The notes beneath the pieces were generated by a model that saw only the letters and a list, made by a program, of their open reading frames with translations, was not told the origin of the DNA and made no database searches. From positions 32,001-96,000 of the forward strand of contig CAVTBV010000001.1 in assembly GCA_963733095.1 (NCBI GenBank): a DNA stretch of 64,000 nt, in the 5' to 3' direction. The DNA is from Candidatus Bathyarchaeota archaeon. Lineage in GTDB: Archaea; Thermoproteota; Bathyarchaeia; Bathyarchaeales; Bathycorpusculaceae. Both the position numbers and the translations under genes were made by a program. Of the stretch, positions 38,200-47,512 are shown one piece after another; the first letter of the stretch is position 1; each line of letters begins with the position of its first letter.

Positions 38200-39066
38200 T
38201 TATTTGAATTGGTTAGGTACCCAATCGGGAATCTGGACAGTGCCCATAAGGACTGGTTTTTGATGGCAGTCACTTCCCCCAGTCATGATGAGTCCCTGCT
38301 GCTTTGCGAACGCCACATAATGGTCGGTGGTTTGTGGGGTACTTCTTGAATGCCAGCATTCTACGCCGTCGATGTAGGGCAGCATTTCCTCTTTGATGAT
38401 TTCTGTTTGCTCAGCCAGAACCTTAGTCAAGCTAACCAGCGATGTGCCGTGAGGGTCGTTTGGGTGAGCCAGAACCAGTTCTCCGCCTGCGTCTCGGATA
38501 AGCTTTGAGGCTTCTGGCAGGTAAAGAGGAAACTTGGGTACGTCGCATTTTACAAGGTACTTGTCGAAGGCTTCCTGACGCGTTTTCACGATGCCTTTTT
38601 TGATAAGGTAGTCTGCGATGTGTGGTCGACCAAGGCTGCCGTCGACGGATTCTTCAATCTGTCTCAAATCCTCCCTGGTTAAGGGGGCAATGTTTTCTTT
38701 TTGGAATTCCGTGTTGAGGTTGTCGAGGATTTTAGCGGCGCGTTGGGTGCGGTAGTTTGCCATTGTCTGCGACTTGTCCAGCAGTGTCTTGTTGTCTTGG
38801 TCGTATTGGTATCCTAAAAAATCTAGTGAAACTGCTTTCCCATTCAAGTATTTGGGGTTAGAAAAAGTTACGTTTAACTCAACTCCCGTAACGTATCTGA
38901 TGCCGACCGCCTTGGATTCTGCCAACGCCCAAGGTTGGCATTCTATTGAATCGTGGTCAGTAATTGCTAAAAAACTGATGTTTCTGTCTTTGGCTTCCCT
39001 AAAAATTTCGGGGATGGATAGTTTTCCGTCGGAGCTCTTCGAGTGGATGTGTAGATCAATCTTCAT
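38200..39066 (-). CDS. PHP-domain phosphoesterase (TrpH/YciV-like)
   Basis: DLHIHSKSSDG, AITDHD, GRPHIA, LAHP and GGSDCH motifs. Confidence 0.9.
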   Translation of the reverse strand: MKIDLHIHSKSSDGKLSIPEIFREAKDRNISFLAITDHDSIECQPWALAESKAVGIRYVTGVELNVTFSNPKYLNGKAVSLDFLGYQYDQDNKTLLDKSQTMANYRTQRAAKILDNLNTEFQKENIAPLTREDLRQIEESVDGSLGRPHIADYLIKKGIVKTRQEAFDKYLVKCDVPKFPLYLPEASKLIRDAGGELVLAHPNDPHGTSLVSLTKVLAEQTEIIKEEMLPYIDGVECWHSRSTPQTTDHYVAFAKQQGLIMTGGSDCHQKPVLMGTVQIPDWVPNQFK

Positions 39067-39076
39067 TTGGGCGTCG

Positions 39077-39688
39077 TTACCTTTTGTCCATTCCTACAAC
39101 AAACCAGAGGTCCTTTTCGTCGTGGCACGTATCGACCGTTAAATGGGTGACTTTTAACGTTGAATATTTCTTTTTGAGGTCGTCTAGGTCGATTGATTCA
39201 AACTTGTTCTTGTTGGCAAGATACGCTTCCTCGGTTAAAGCGTTTGACTCGTACTTTTCTTTGGTTCGCCTCTTAATCCTATTCAAGGAAACCTCTTGGG
39301 GACAGCTAGTCTGCATAATTACGAAAGTCATGTTGTTCTTTGCAGCTATCGCTGCGGCGCGACTGCGAAGCTCATGGGTAACAAAAGTAGCATCCAAAAT
39401 TAGACCACCTTTACCTTTGGCTGCCATTTCGTCAGCACGCCGGAACAATTCATCGTAGACTGATAGTCGCTTGTTCATGTTTCCAGCGATTTTTGCATCA
39501 AAAATATCTTCGTTCTTGAGGACTTCGAGCCTTATTATGTCGCTTCGGAGGATTGTGTATCCTTTGATTTTGGAGACTTCTTCTGAAGTTTCTGTTTTGT
39601 AGCTTGCAGGCAACCCGCATGTTATCAGCAAAGTTCTGGGTTCTAATTCTTTTTTGACAAACGAGGCAAAAGGTTCCTTCATTTTCAT
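39077..39688 (-). CDS. P-loop kinase (AAA_33/COG0645 type)
   Basis: GLPASYKT variant Walker A, RSDIIR and ILDATF motifs. Confidence 0.8.
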   Translation of the reverse strand: MKMKEPFASFVKKELEPRTLLITCGLPASYKTETSEEVSKIKGYTILRSDIIRLEVLKNEDIFDAKIAGNMNKRLSVYDELFRRADEMAAKGKGGLILDATFVTHELRSRAAAIAAKNNMTFVIMQTSCPQEVSLNRIKRRTKEKYESNALTEEAYLANKNKFESIDLDDLKKKYSTLKVTHLTVDTCHDEKDLWFVVGMDKR

Positions 39689-39807
39689 ACTCTCACTTGT
39701 AGGTCTGGGTATTGGATAATTAAACTTTTTTGAACAAACATCTGACACTCAGATTTTCGAAGCAACTTCTAAATAGGTAGAATACACAATGTTCCTAAAA
39801 AGAAGGA

Positions 39808-41070
39808 ATGTTCATGGAAGACTTCCAAGTTAAAGATAAAAGTTTAGCACCTCAAGGTCATTTACAGATTGAATGGGCAGCAAAACACATGCCTGTCCTA
39901 AACATCATCAAAACCCGCTTCGAGAAGGAAAAACCACTCGAAGGACACACAATAGCCGCCTGCCTGCATGTAACCAAAGAAACTGCAGTACTCATCAAAG
40001 TACTCATTGCAGGAGGCGCCAAAGTCGCATTGTGCGGCTCAAACCCGCTCTCAACCCAAGATGATGTCGCTGCAGCCTTAGCCGACAGCGGTGTGCACGT
40101 TTTTGCCTGGAGAGGACAAAACACCGAGGACTACTACAAATGCATAGATAATGTCCTTGATTTCAAACCAACCATGACGATGGATGACGGCGCGGACGTT
40201 GTTGGTATGCTTCACAGTAAACGTCAAAATCAAATTAACGATGTCAAAGGTGGAACTGAAGAAACCTCTACCGGTGTTGTCCGCCTAAAAGCTATGGAAC
40301 AGGATGGTAGCCTCAAATACCCAATTATAGCCGTTAATGACGCATACACAAAGTATCTCTTTGACAACCGCTATGGAACGGGCCAAAGCACCATCGATGG
40401 TATTATGCGGGCAACCTCCGTTCTGCTTGCTGGCAAAAACTTTGTTGTCGGCGGATACGGTTGGTGCAGCAGAGGTATAGCTATGCGTGCACGAGGTTTA
40501 GGTGCCAATGTTATAGTGACAGAAGTTCAACCAATCCGTGCCCTGGAAGCAGTTATGGATGGTTACCGTGTCATGCCCATGGCTGAAGCAGCATCCATCG
40601 GTGATATTTTTGCCACAGCTACAGGTGACATAAGCGTTCTACGCAAAGAACACATGGAAAAGATGAAGGACGGCGCCATCATGTGCAACAGCGGTCACTT
40701 CAACGTAGAAATCAACATTCCCGACTTAGAATCACTCGCCAAAGCCAAACGTACGATGCGCCCAAACATGGAAGAATACACCTTGAAAGATGGTCGACAT
40801 CTTTACCTCCTCGCCGAAGGCAGACTAGTTAACCTTGCAGCTGCCGAAGGTCACCCGTCAGAAGTCATGGACATGTCTTTTGCTAACCAAGCCTTATGCT
40901 CAGAATACATTGCCAAGACAGCTAAGCTGCAAACTAAAGTCTACATTGTTCCAAAAGAAATAGATGAAAAAGTCGCTGAGCTGAAACTCAAGAGCATGGG
41001 TGTTGCCATCGATGAGCTTACCGCTGAACAGAAAAAGTACCTTTCAACTTGGGAAATGGGCACTACCTAA
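39808..41070 (+). CDS. ahcY: Adenosylhomocysteinase
   Basis: [33 protein letters not shown] and GHPSEVMD motifs. Confidence 0.97.
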   Translation: MFMEDFQVKDKSLAPQGHLQIEWAAKHMPVLNIIKTRFEKEKPLEGHTIAACLHVTKETAVLIKVLIAGGAKVALCGSNPLSTQDDVAAALADSGVHVFAWRGQNTEDYYKCIDNVLDFKPTMTMDDGADVVGMLHSKRQNQINDVKGGTEETSTGVVRLKAMEQDGSLKYPIIAVNDAYTKYLFDNRYGTGQSTIDGIMRATSVLLAGKNFVVGGYGWCSRGIAMRARGLGANVIVTEVQPIRALEAVMDGYRVMPMAEAASIGDIFATATGDISVLRKEHMEKMKDGAIMCNSGHFNVEINIPDLESLAKAKRTMRPNMEEYTLKDGRHLYLLAEGRLVNLAAAEGHPSEVMDMSFANQALCSEYIAKTAKLQTKVYIVPKEIDEKVAELKLKSMGVAIDELTAEQKKYLSTWEMGTT

Positions 41071-41148
41071 TCAATCGAGCGATTGGAATACATGACAAAC
41101 TTTAAATTGACAAACCGAATACATGGCTATAAAGTGGTGAATCACTAA

Positions 41149-41511
41149 ATGGTTAGCAAAGATCAATCAATAGGTGGAGCAATACTTGCAGTCTGCGTTA
41201 TCGTCGCAATAGGTTACATTGTTACACTCTTCTATCCCTCATGGCTTGGTTATGTCGGAATACACAGTGCCACCAAAGACGTTCAGTTTTGGGTAATAGC
41301 TTTGCCAGTTTTCGTAGCCTTCGTAGCAATAATGTTCATAGGCGCCTGGATTGGCTGGACAATGGCAACAACCCCGCCTCCAAAACCAATCGAAGAAATC
41401 ACAACTGAAATCGAAGACAAAAAAGAAGAGCCAAAAGTAGAAGAATCGCAACCCGCGGCACCAGAACCAGCAGCCACCGAAGAAAAAACTGCAGCAAAGA
41501 AAAAGAAGTAA
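41149..41511 (+). CDS. Small two-TM archaeal membrane protein
   Basis: Two hydrophobic helices, WIGWTMATTPPPKPIEEI and a charged tail. Confidence 0.8.
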   Translation: MVSKDQSIGGAILAVCVIVAIGYIVTLFYPSWLGYVGIHSATKDVQFWVIALPVFVAFVAIMFIGAWIGWTMATTPPPKPIEEITTEIEDKKEEPKVEESQPAAPEPAATEEKTAAKKKK

Positions 41512-41615
41512 ATAACTTCAATCTTTTCTTGTTTTATTCTCCTTTTAAATTTTTTAATTATAGTTTTGCATTAAGAAACTTCCGTGAAAAAAGTTTTTGG
41601 TTAAAAAGCGATGGA

Positions 41616-41975
41616 TTAATCTCGCATCTTTCTTAACATGCATTCAACAATGTCTTTGCAGACAAGGCATTCGTCAGGAATCTGCTCTTTCGAAGATCGC
41701 TCACTTAAGTAACCTGGATGATACTGGCAACCTGATGACTTATCGACGTTCTTGCTTTTCTCTTTGGTTTCAACCTGATTTTCCTCAGGCTGGATTTTTT
41801 CTACCTTGATTACTTCGGCTTTGTTGATGGTTTTCTGAGATTCTTCGTTTATTTTTATCTTGGTTAAACAAAAGGGGCAGGCAAAATAGGGTTCAGTTGG
41901 GTTTTCTTGAAGGTTTAGAGTTTTAAGGGGAGCTGTAAAGCTTTTTCTGCAAGAAGGGTTTTGGCATGTTAACAC
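41616..41975 (-). CDS. Small Cys-rich double zinc-finger protein
   Basis: CQNPSC...CPFC, then CQYHPGYL...CLVC....C. Confidence 0.65.
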   Translation of the reverse strand: MLTCQNPSCRKSFTAPLKTLNLQENPTEPYFACPFCLTKIKINEESQKTINKAEVIKVEKIQPEENQVETKEKSKNVDKSSGCQYHPGYLSERSSKEQIPDECLVCKDIVECMLRKMRD

Positions 41976-42069
41976 TTTATTTTTCCCCCATGTTTCTAGA
42001 GTTGCCTGTCTATCTTACTATGAGTGTTACTGCCTTATAGTGTTGATGTATCTAAAATAAGGATTGGTG

Positions 42070-43287
42070 TTATTCGGCGGTGCATGTTTGGGTGGGAGAC
42101 GCAAGTTTCTTTATAGCATCTGCGCCTTCTGCATAACCCGAAGCTACCAACACGTCGCCGACAGCAATCTTTGAGTCTCCACGTGGACGCAAGCATTTTT
42201 CGCTGCGTTTTATAACTAGAACCCACATGCCAGTTTCCTCATGCACTCTTGCTTCTTTGAGTGTTTTGCCCACAAGAACAGAGTCCTCTGTGACACAAGC
42301 TTGAGCAACAGTCTCTTCGGCTTCCTTAATGGTTAGCGTTAGAATTGGGTGCGGTTCAATCCCTCTTAAAACAACCTCCGCCATATCTGCAGCCGCATCA
42401 GCAATCTTTTCCGTCGCAATCCCCAACCTGATTAAACCCAGAAAGCCTGAAGCCTCTTCTTCCTTAAAATCACTGGTTAAAGCGAGCAACTCAAAGCCTG
42501 TATGCAACTGATCCATCCATTCTTCAAGCCGCTCAACTTCCTCCGCTAACTCCTTGCTGTTTAGCATCAAAGAGGAGTACGCTAAATCAATCATTAACTC
42601 AGACGTATCTTTAAGCTCCACAAACCTTGAAACAATCTCTTCAAACTTCGCTCGCTTCTTAGTATCCAAAGTTGCAAGTGTGCCCTCTGCTAAGTCTTTG
42701 AATTCCTCAATACCTAATGACGCCCCACGAGTAATCAGAGTGTCACCTTGGAATACAGTTTCTGTTTCATCGGGGTCTAGTTTCCAATCATGATTTCTGC
42801 GGATGGCAATTATATCCACCCCCATTCGTGCTGCTAAATTAAGTTCTCCAATCGTTTTCCCGATAATTTCTGAATTAGGCTTCACTGTAACCTTCATCAA
42901 ACGCTCTTCTACTTTCTGGAAGATTTCCCCGATAATCGGGTGAATTCCAATGTTACGGGTGACGATGGCGGCTATGTCAGCAGCAGCGTCTGAAATCTTA
43001 TCTGTAGAAGACGCAACTATCGACACTCCAATAAGGGCCTCTGCATCCTTTGGATCTCTTGCAGCAACCATTATCTCCATATCTAAAAGGTACGATAGGT
43101 AATCCACTCTCTTTTCCAATGCAAGAACGTCTTCTGCAAGGTCTATGTCATTGTATAGTGCGGAGGAATAAGCCAAATCAATCATTAATTCAGAAAGATT
43201 TTTCATTTCAAGCAAAAGTTCCCTAACCGGGATAGGTTTATACTTTATTTTTTCATATTGGACCAATTTCTCTGGAGCGCTCCACAA
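42070..43287 (-). CDS. Tandem PhoU-like/TrkA-C (RCK_C) regulatory protein
   Basis: Two internal repeats, each with K..SELMIDLAYS, KI.DAAAD.A and an RCK_C domain. Confidence 0.85.
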   Translation of the reverse strand: MWSAPEKLVQYEKIKYKPIPVRELLLEMKNLSELMIDLAYSSALYNDIDLAEDVLALEKRVDYLSYLLDMEIMVAARDPKDAEALIGVSIVASSTDKISDAAADIAAIVTRNIGIHPIIGEIFQKVEERLMKVTVKPNSEIIGKTIGELNLAARMGVDIIAIRRNHDWKLDPDETETVFQGDTLITRGASLGIEEFKDLAEGTLATLDTKKRAKFEEIVSRFVELKDTSELMIDLAYSSLMLNSKELAEEVERLEEWMDQLHTGFELLALTSDFKEEEASGFLGLIRLGIATEKIADAAADMAEVVLRGIEPHPILTLTIKEAEETVAQACVTEDSVLVGKTLKEARVHEETGMWVLVIKRSEKCLRPRGDSKIAVGDVLVASGYAEGADAIKKLASPTQTCTAE

Positions 43288-43325
43288 TAAATAAGGGTCT
43301 ATGTTATTTTAATTTGCGCTTTAAT

Positions 43326-44489
43326 CTATATAATTACGAGTAGCGCTGCAAACAAGGCGATGGTTGTTATGGCGTCCGCTAAAGAACTTCCGAGGGGAAT
43401 GACAAAGTTGTCTGGGTCTAAGCCTCTTTTGAAAGTCAATATGGAAATCGCATAAGTTAAGATTGCAATTGCTGCGTAAGCGATTATGTTGGAAATTAAG
43501 AGTGTTAAAAGTAAGTTAGAAATTGCTTGCCAAGAAAATATACCGTTAATAGCTAATGCAATTAGACCCGTAACAACAAATAGCATAAGGGAAGCCGTCC
43601 AGGCGCTAAAAATGTTTCTGGCATGTTTCTTTATCGAGGAAAAAGAGGGTGTGAGAATGCCTAATGCAAGTTTCGTAGTTGCAGCTGAACCCACGACCAA
43701 TCCAATGTCACCCATCATATTAATCATGGCTGGGTATACTGTGAAGATTTCTCTTCGGCCAGCGGCAAGTGTGCTTATGCCTTTGAGAACTGTTCCCGTT
43801 ATGTTTACCATAAAGGCTACTAAAAGCATGGCTGGCAATGATTCCTTTATTATTTTGAGGAACTCAGCTTCACGCAGGCTGCGAGGCAGAATGGTCAAAA
43901 CTAAAACTACGTTGATGGCTCCAAAAACTATTATCGCCCATTTGCCGCCTATCCCAGAAAAGTAAAGGTTCAATACGATTATGTAAAAAAAAGTAATGAT
44001 GATTTGTGCTACCGTCGAAATCGCTGGAAATACGATCGTGTCTGGATCTAAACTGCTCTTGAAAGAAATGATCGTGAGTTTTGCAGTTATCAAAGTAGTA
44101 AGCAACCCCAACGAGAGGGTTCCAACCATAATCGTGAGGATAGCTGGAAAATCCGTGATTGTTATGCCCCAAAACAGGGTCCCGAAAACTATTGATATTA
44201 CACTAATCGTTGTGCTTGTTATCAAGGTCAAAACGACCATGGCTTCAATCAACCTGTAAAATGTCTTTGTGTTTCCAAAAAACTTGGGATCAACTGTTCC
44301 AAGATGAAGTGCTGTGCTCAGGCGACCAGTTAGTAAACCGGTGGTAGCGCCTTTTACACTGATTACAGCTGGGTAGAGCGCTATAGCCCAAGGTGAAAGC
44401 TGGAAAACCCCAAGCTGCAATGCAATCATAAAACCAGCAACTAAGCCGCCGATATCAAATATGCATGCTATTGCTGACTCTTTAAACAT
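43326..44489 (-). CDS. MgtE-family divalent cation transporter (membrane domain duplicated)
   Basis: GRLSTALHLG, LDPDT and LDPDNFVIP motifs; about 10 TM helices. Confidence 0.82.
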   Translation of the reverse strand: MFKESAIACIFDIGGLVAGFMIALQLGVFQLSPWAIALYPAVISVKGATTGLLTGRLSTALHLGTVDPKFFGNTKTFYRLIEAMVVLTLITSTTISVISIVFGTLFWGITITDFPAILTIMVGTLSLGLLTTLITAKLTIISFKSSLDPDTIVFPAISTVAQIIITFFYIIVLNLYFSGIGGKWAIIVFGAINVVLVLTILPRSLREAEFLKIIKESLPAMLLVAFMVNITGTVLKGISTLAAGRREIFTVYPAMINMMGDIGLVVGSAATTKLALGILTPSFSSIKKHARNIFSAWTASLMLFVVTGLIALAINGIFSWQAISNLLLTLLISNIIAYAAIAILTYAISILTFKRGLDPDNFVIPLGSSLADAITTIALFAALLVII

Positions 44490-44788
44490 TCCAAAGAAAC
44501 CTTTAGAGAAGCCAGCATGTGTGATCTTTGCTGCCCCCTAAGATTGTTCTTCTATTAAGTTGGAAAAAATGTAACTCGAAGGATTCTCTAGAAGGGTTTG
44601 GCGGCCGTTCGTTTTGTCAAGTGGAGTTGATGCTGTGACCGCTTTGGTCGAATTTGGAGAGGTGTGGACTCCATTCATGTTTACGCCTTCTAATTTGTTT
44701 GGCGGTCCACAGTCACTGAAGCGCCGTGTGTGCGGGCTGCCAAAGCCGCATTAACTGCCTGTTGAAGTTTTTGAAAGGCAACAAGCAC

Positions 44789-46870
44789 TTAAGAGGTTTT
44801 TGGTTGATATACGCACCACGGGTCCTCAGTTAAGTAATCATTCTTCAATTCTTCTGGTTCATGGAGGTCGCCGCAGTAATCGATGAAATCGCTTGAAAGA
44901 CCATACGCACGTGCTCGGCAACCACCGCAAAGTGAACGGTATTCGCAGGCGCCGCATCTGCCCTTCAAAGAGTTAGGGTCCCTTAGCGCTTTGAAGATGT
45001 CTGAGTTGAACCAAATTTCTTTGAAGCTTTTTTCTCTAACATTTCCAAGTTTAACTGGCAGGTAGGGGCAAGGTGTTACATCACCATTGGGGTAAATGCG
45101 GCAGTAGTACAAGCCTGCCATGCAACCTCGCACCCATTGTCTCATGTCTAAGCCCATACCTTTGGCAATCCGCATAAACTGCGGCGCACAAGAGGGTCTC
45201 ACGTTTAGCTTGTGCTTTGTGACTTTTGCAAAAGTGTTGGTAATCATATCTTCGTATTTTTGAGGCGAAATATCTGCTAGTTTGGCACCGCGACCTGTTG
45301 GAACAAGGAAGAACAGATGGAAGTTTTCGACACCGATTTCTTCCGCTAAACTCATGATTTCGTCGATTTGGTTGTAATTCTGTTGAGTCAGTGTGGTGTT
45401 TACCTGGACTAACACGTTGTTCTTTCGCAGGGCTTTGCATGCGTTGACTGCTTTTTCCCATGCGCCAGCTACGCCTCGGAATTCGTCGTGTTGCGCTGGA
45501 ATATGTGAGTCTATGCTTATGGAGACTGTTGCTATGCCAGCCGCTTTAAGTTTAGCCGCTACTTTGTCATCTATGAGGCTTCCGTTGCTTCCCAACCCCA
45601 TTTTCAATCCCTTAGATGCGCCATATTCGATTAGCTCGTAAATATCTGGCCGCAGAAGGGGTTCGCCGCCGCTGAGTATGAGTAGTGGCTTGCTAACTTT
45701 GCATATTTGGTCCATGAGGTTTTTGCCCTCTTGGGTTGACAGTTCATCGGATAGTTTCTTTTCTGTTGCGTTGATGTAGCAGTGGCTGCATTTCATGTTG
45801 CATTCGCGGGTAACGTTCCAAGACATTACAAGTGGAACATACTTTTCAGCTGTTTGCGCTTCTGGTGAATGTGCAAGTTTTAGGTAGAACTCGCAGTTGC
45901 CATGGGAAGCTATCAGTTTAGGCTGCCAGAGCGTGAATGGGAAAGGCAACACCGTGTCAAGCATGGCTTTTGCGTGAGCAAAACAGAAATGAGTACAGAA
46001 TAACCCCGAAACCTTGCTGTCAACACCATATTTTTCTGAAGCGTATTTGTGGCCTCCATAAATCGGGCAATTCAAAAACTCCATTTTTCCATCGAGGGTT
46101 TCGTTGCTCATAGCCATATTGATGAAGTGGTCGCTTAACATGACTGACTGCAGTTTCTCTCTGCGCATCCCAACCTTCAAGGTAACGTCAAGGGCTATGC
46201 TGACGGTTTCTTGACCAAACTTTTCCTGCACCCCTGCCATGGCTGCTTCGAGAGCGGGTAAACCGACGGTTTTGGTTAATTCAGCCGTAACCAGCAAACC
46301 CTTGATTGTTTCGTACTCTTGGGTAAGTCGCATCGCAATGACTTGTTTTGCCCAGTCAACAAATAGTTTCTCCATTGCCTCGGATGCTTTGGGGTTCTTG
46401 CTATATAGTAGGGCTTCGACTTTTTTGTTATCTTGCTTTAGCTTGGTGAATAATTTGATTTTATCCTCGCTTGTCGGTCTTGGACTTGTAGCTATTTCTT
46501 GTAGACCTACAGGAAGGGGTGTTACTGTTTGCGTAAGTTCTTTTGCGTCAGACTCAAAATCGCCGTAAATTTTGTTCAACTGCTCAGACACATTGGGCAA
46601 CTCGACATTTAGGGCTTTGAGAATCACTTGGGTTTCTGACTCCATCTTCGAAACCATAGCCATATGGTACAACAAGGAACCAGCCATCCCTGGGTCCCCT
46701 TGCTTGCCTCCCATAGCACCCTTGAAAATCTGGTTAAACAAACCTTTTGCAGAATCAAAATCCATTTTTTCTATGGCAACCTGAGCTTCGCTTAGTTTTT
46801 GTTTGCGGTTAAGTAAGAGTTGAGCCCACTTATGGCATTGTATAGCGTCAAAGTTTGTTAATGAGTCCAC
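44789..46870 (-). CDS. Fusion: uncharacterised N-terminal region + radical SAM/SPASM domain (NirJ/AhbC/AhbD-like)
   Basis: WNVTRECNMKCSHCY, SGGEPL, CMAG..YCRIYPNGDVTPCPY and CGACEYRSLCGGCRARA; ~340-aa N-terminal extension; start uncertain (GTG 46870 or TTG 46936). Confidence 0.85.
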   Translation of the reverse strand: MDSLTNFDAIQCHKWAQLLLNRKQKLSEAQVAIEKMDFDSAKGLFNQIFKGAMGGKQGDPGMAGSLLYHMAMVSKMESETQVILKALNVELPNVSEQLNKIYGDFESDAKELTQTVTPLPVGLQEIATSPRPTSEDKIKLFTKLKQDNKKVEALLYSKNPKASEAMEKLFVDWAKQVIAMRLTQEYETIKGLLVTAELTKTVGLPALEAAMAGVQEKFGQETVSIALDVTLKVGMRREKLQSVMLSDHFINMAMSNETLDGKMEFLNCPIYGGHKYASEKYGVDSKVSGLFCTHFCFAHAKAMLDTVLPFPFTLWQPKLIASHGNCEFYLKLAHSPEAQTAEKYVPLVMSWNVTRECNMKCSHCYINATEKKLSDELSTQEGKNLMDQICKVSKPLLILSGGEPLLRPDIYELIEYGASKGLKMGLGSNGSLIDDKVAAKLKAAGIATVSISIDSHIPAQHDEFRGVAGAWEKAVNACKALRKNNVLVQVNTTLTQQNYNQIDEIMSLAEEIGVENFHLFFLVPTGRGAKLADISPQKYEDMITNTFAKVTKHKLNVRPSCAPQFMRIAKGMGLDMRQWVRGCMAGLYYCRIYPNGDVTPCPYLPVKLGNVREKSFKEIWFNSDIFKALRDPNSLKGRCGACEYRSLCGGCRARAYGLSSDFIDYCGDLHEPEELKNDYLTEDPWCVYQPKTS

Positions 46871-47017
46871 GCCCTTGAAGCTTAAGATTCCAACTTGGAA
46901 GTAATAAAGGCTAGCGATACGAAAACAGCTAAGCAATAGTGCATCTTCAAAGCAGGCGCGTATTCGATAAACTAATTAACCTCAAAATGGAACATAGCCA
47001 ACATAAATGGGTGAATC

Positions 47018-47314
47018 GTGATGTCTTTGGATTTCAATCTACTTTTCGCTTTAATCGGTTTCTTAATCATGCTGGGCATGCTCGGCGGTATAGGCATCAA
47101 TAAACCTCGCGGAATGAGCGTGAAAATGTGGTGTGTCGGCTACCTTGCGGTTGCGCTAGGTTTTGATGCGTTTGCCGTTGTTGGGTTAATAGGGGGCTAC
47201 AAATGGTTAACTTTCTTGCTTGTGGGTCTTTCTGCTGGAGCAGCAACGGGCTTAGCCCTACACGTTATGCATCACATCAATGAAGAAGATGCACACCCAA
47301 CATTCATGGGTTAA
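47018..47314 (+). CDS. Small three-TM membrane protein
   Basis: Three hydrophobic stretches, His-containing C-terminus, GGTGA upstream. Confidence 0.65.
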   Translation: MMSLDFNLLFALIGFLIMLGMLGGIGINKPRGMSVKMWCVGYLAVALGFDAFAVVGLIGGYKWLTFLLVGLSAGAATGLALHVMHHINEEDAHPTFMG

Positions 47315-47512
47315 AAATCTTTTTTTATTCAAAATAACATAGGGAGCCAATGCTTTAGAGCGTCGCAATGATTGCTGCAATTATGCTGCTTAGGAAAACG
47401 CATTCAAATGCTTTTGGAAACGGTGCAGATTAGTTTTTTTGGGAATGTGTACCTCTTCGAGGTGTGGGTTGTATATCGGAAACGAGGGTTTTTTATTCTT
47501 TCCTAAAATTAG

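Noticed and set aside
44538-44540. Pyrrolysine read-through of the TAG upstream of mgtE
   Set aside because: No pyl genes in the window and the upstream peptide does not resemble an MgtE domain; kept only as a low-interest small ORF
47440-47465. Hairpin ACCTC-TTC-GAGGT between convergent genes
   Set aside because: A 5-bp stem is expected by chance; at most a terminator element
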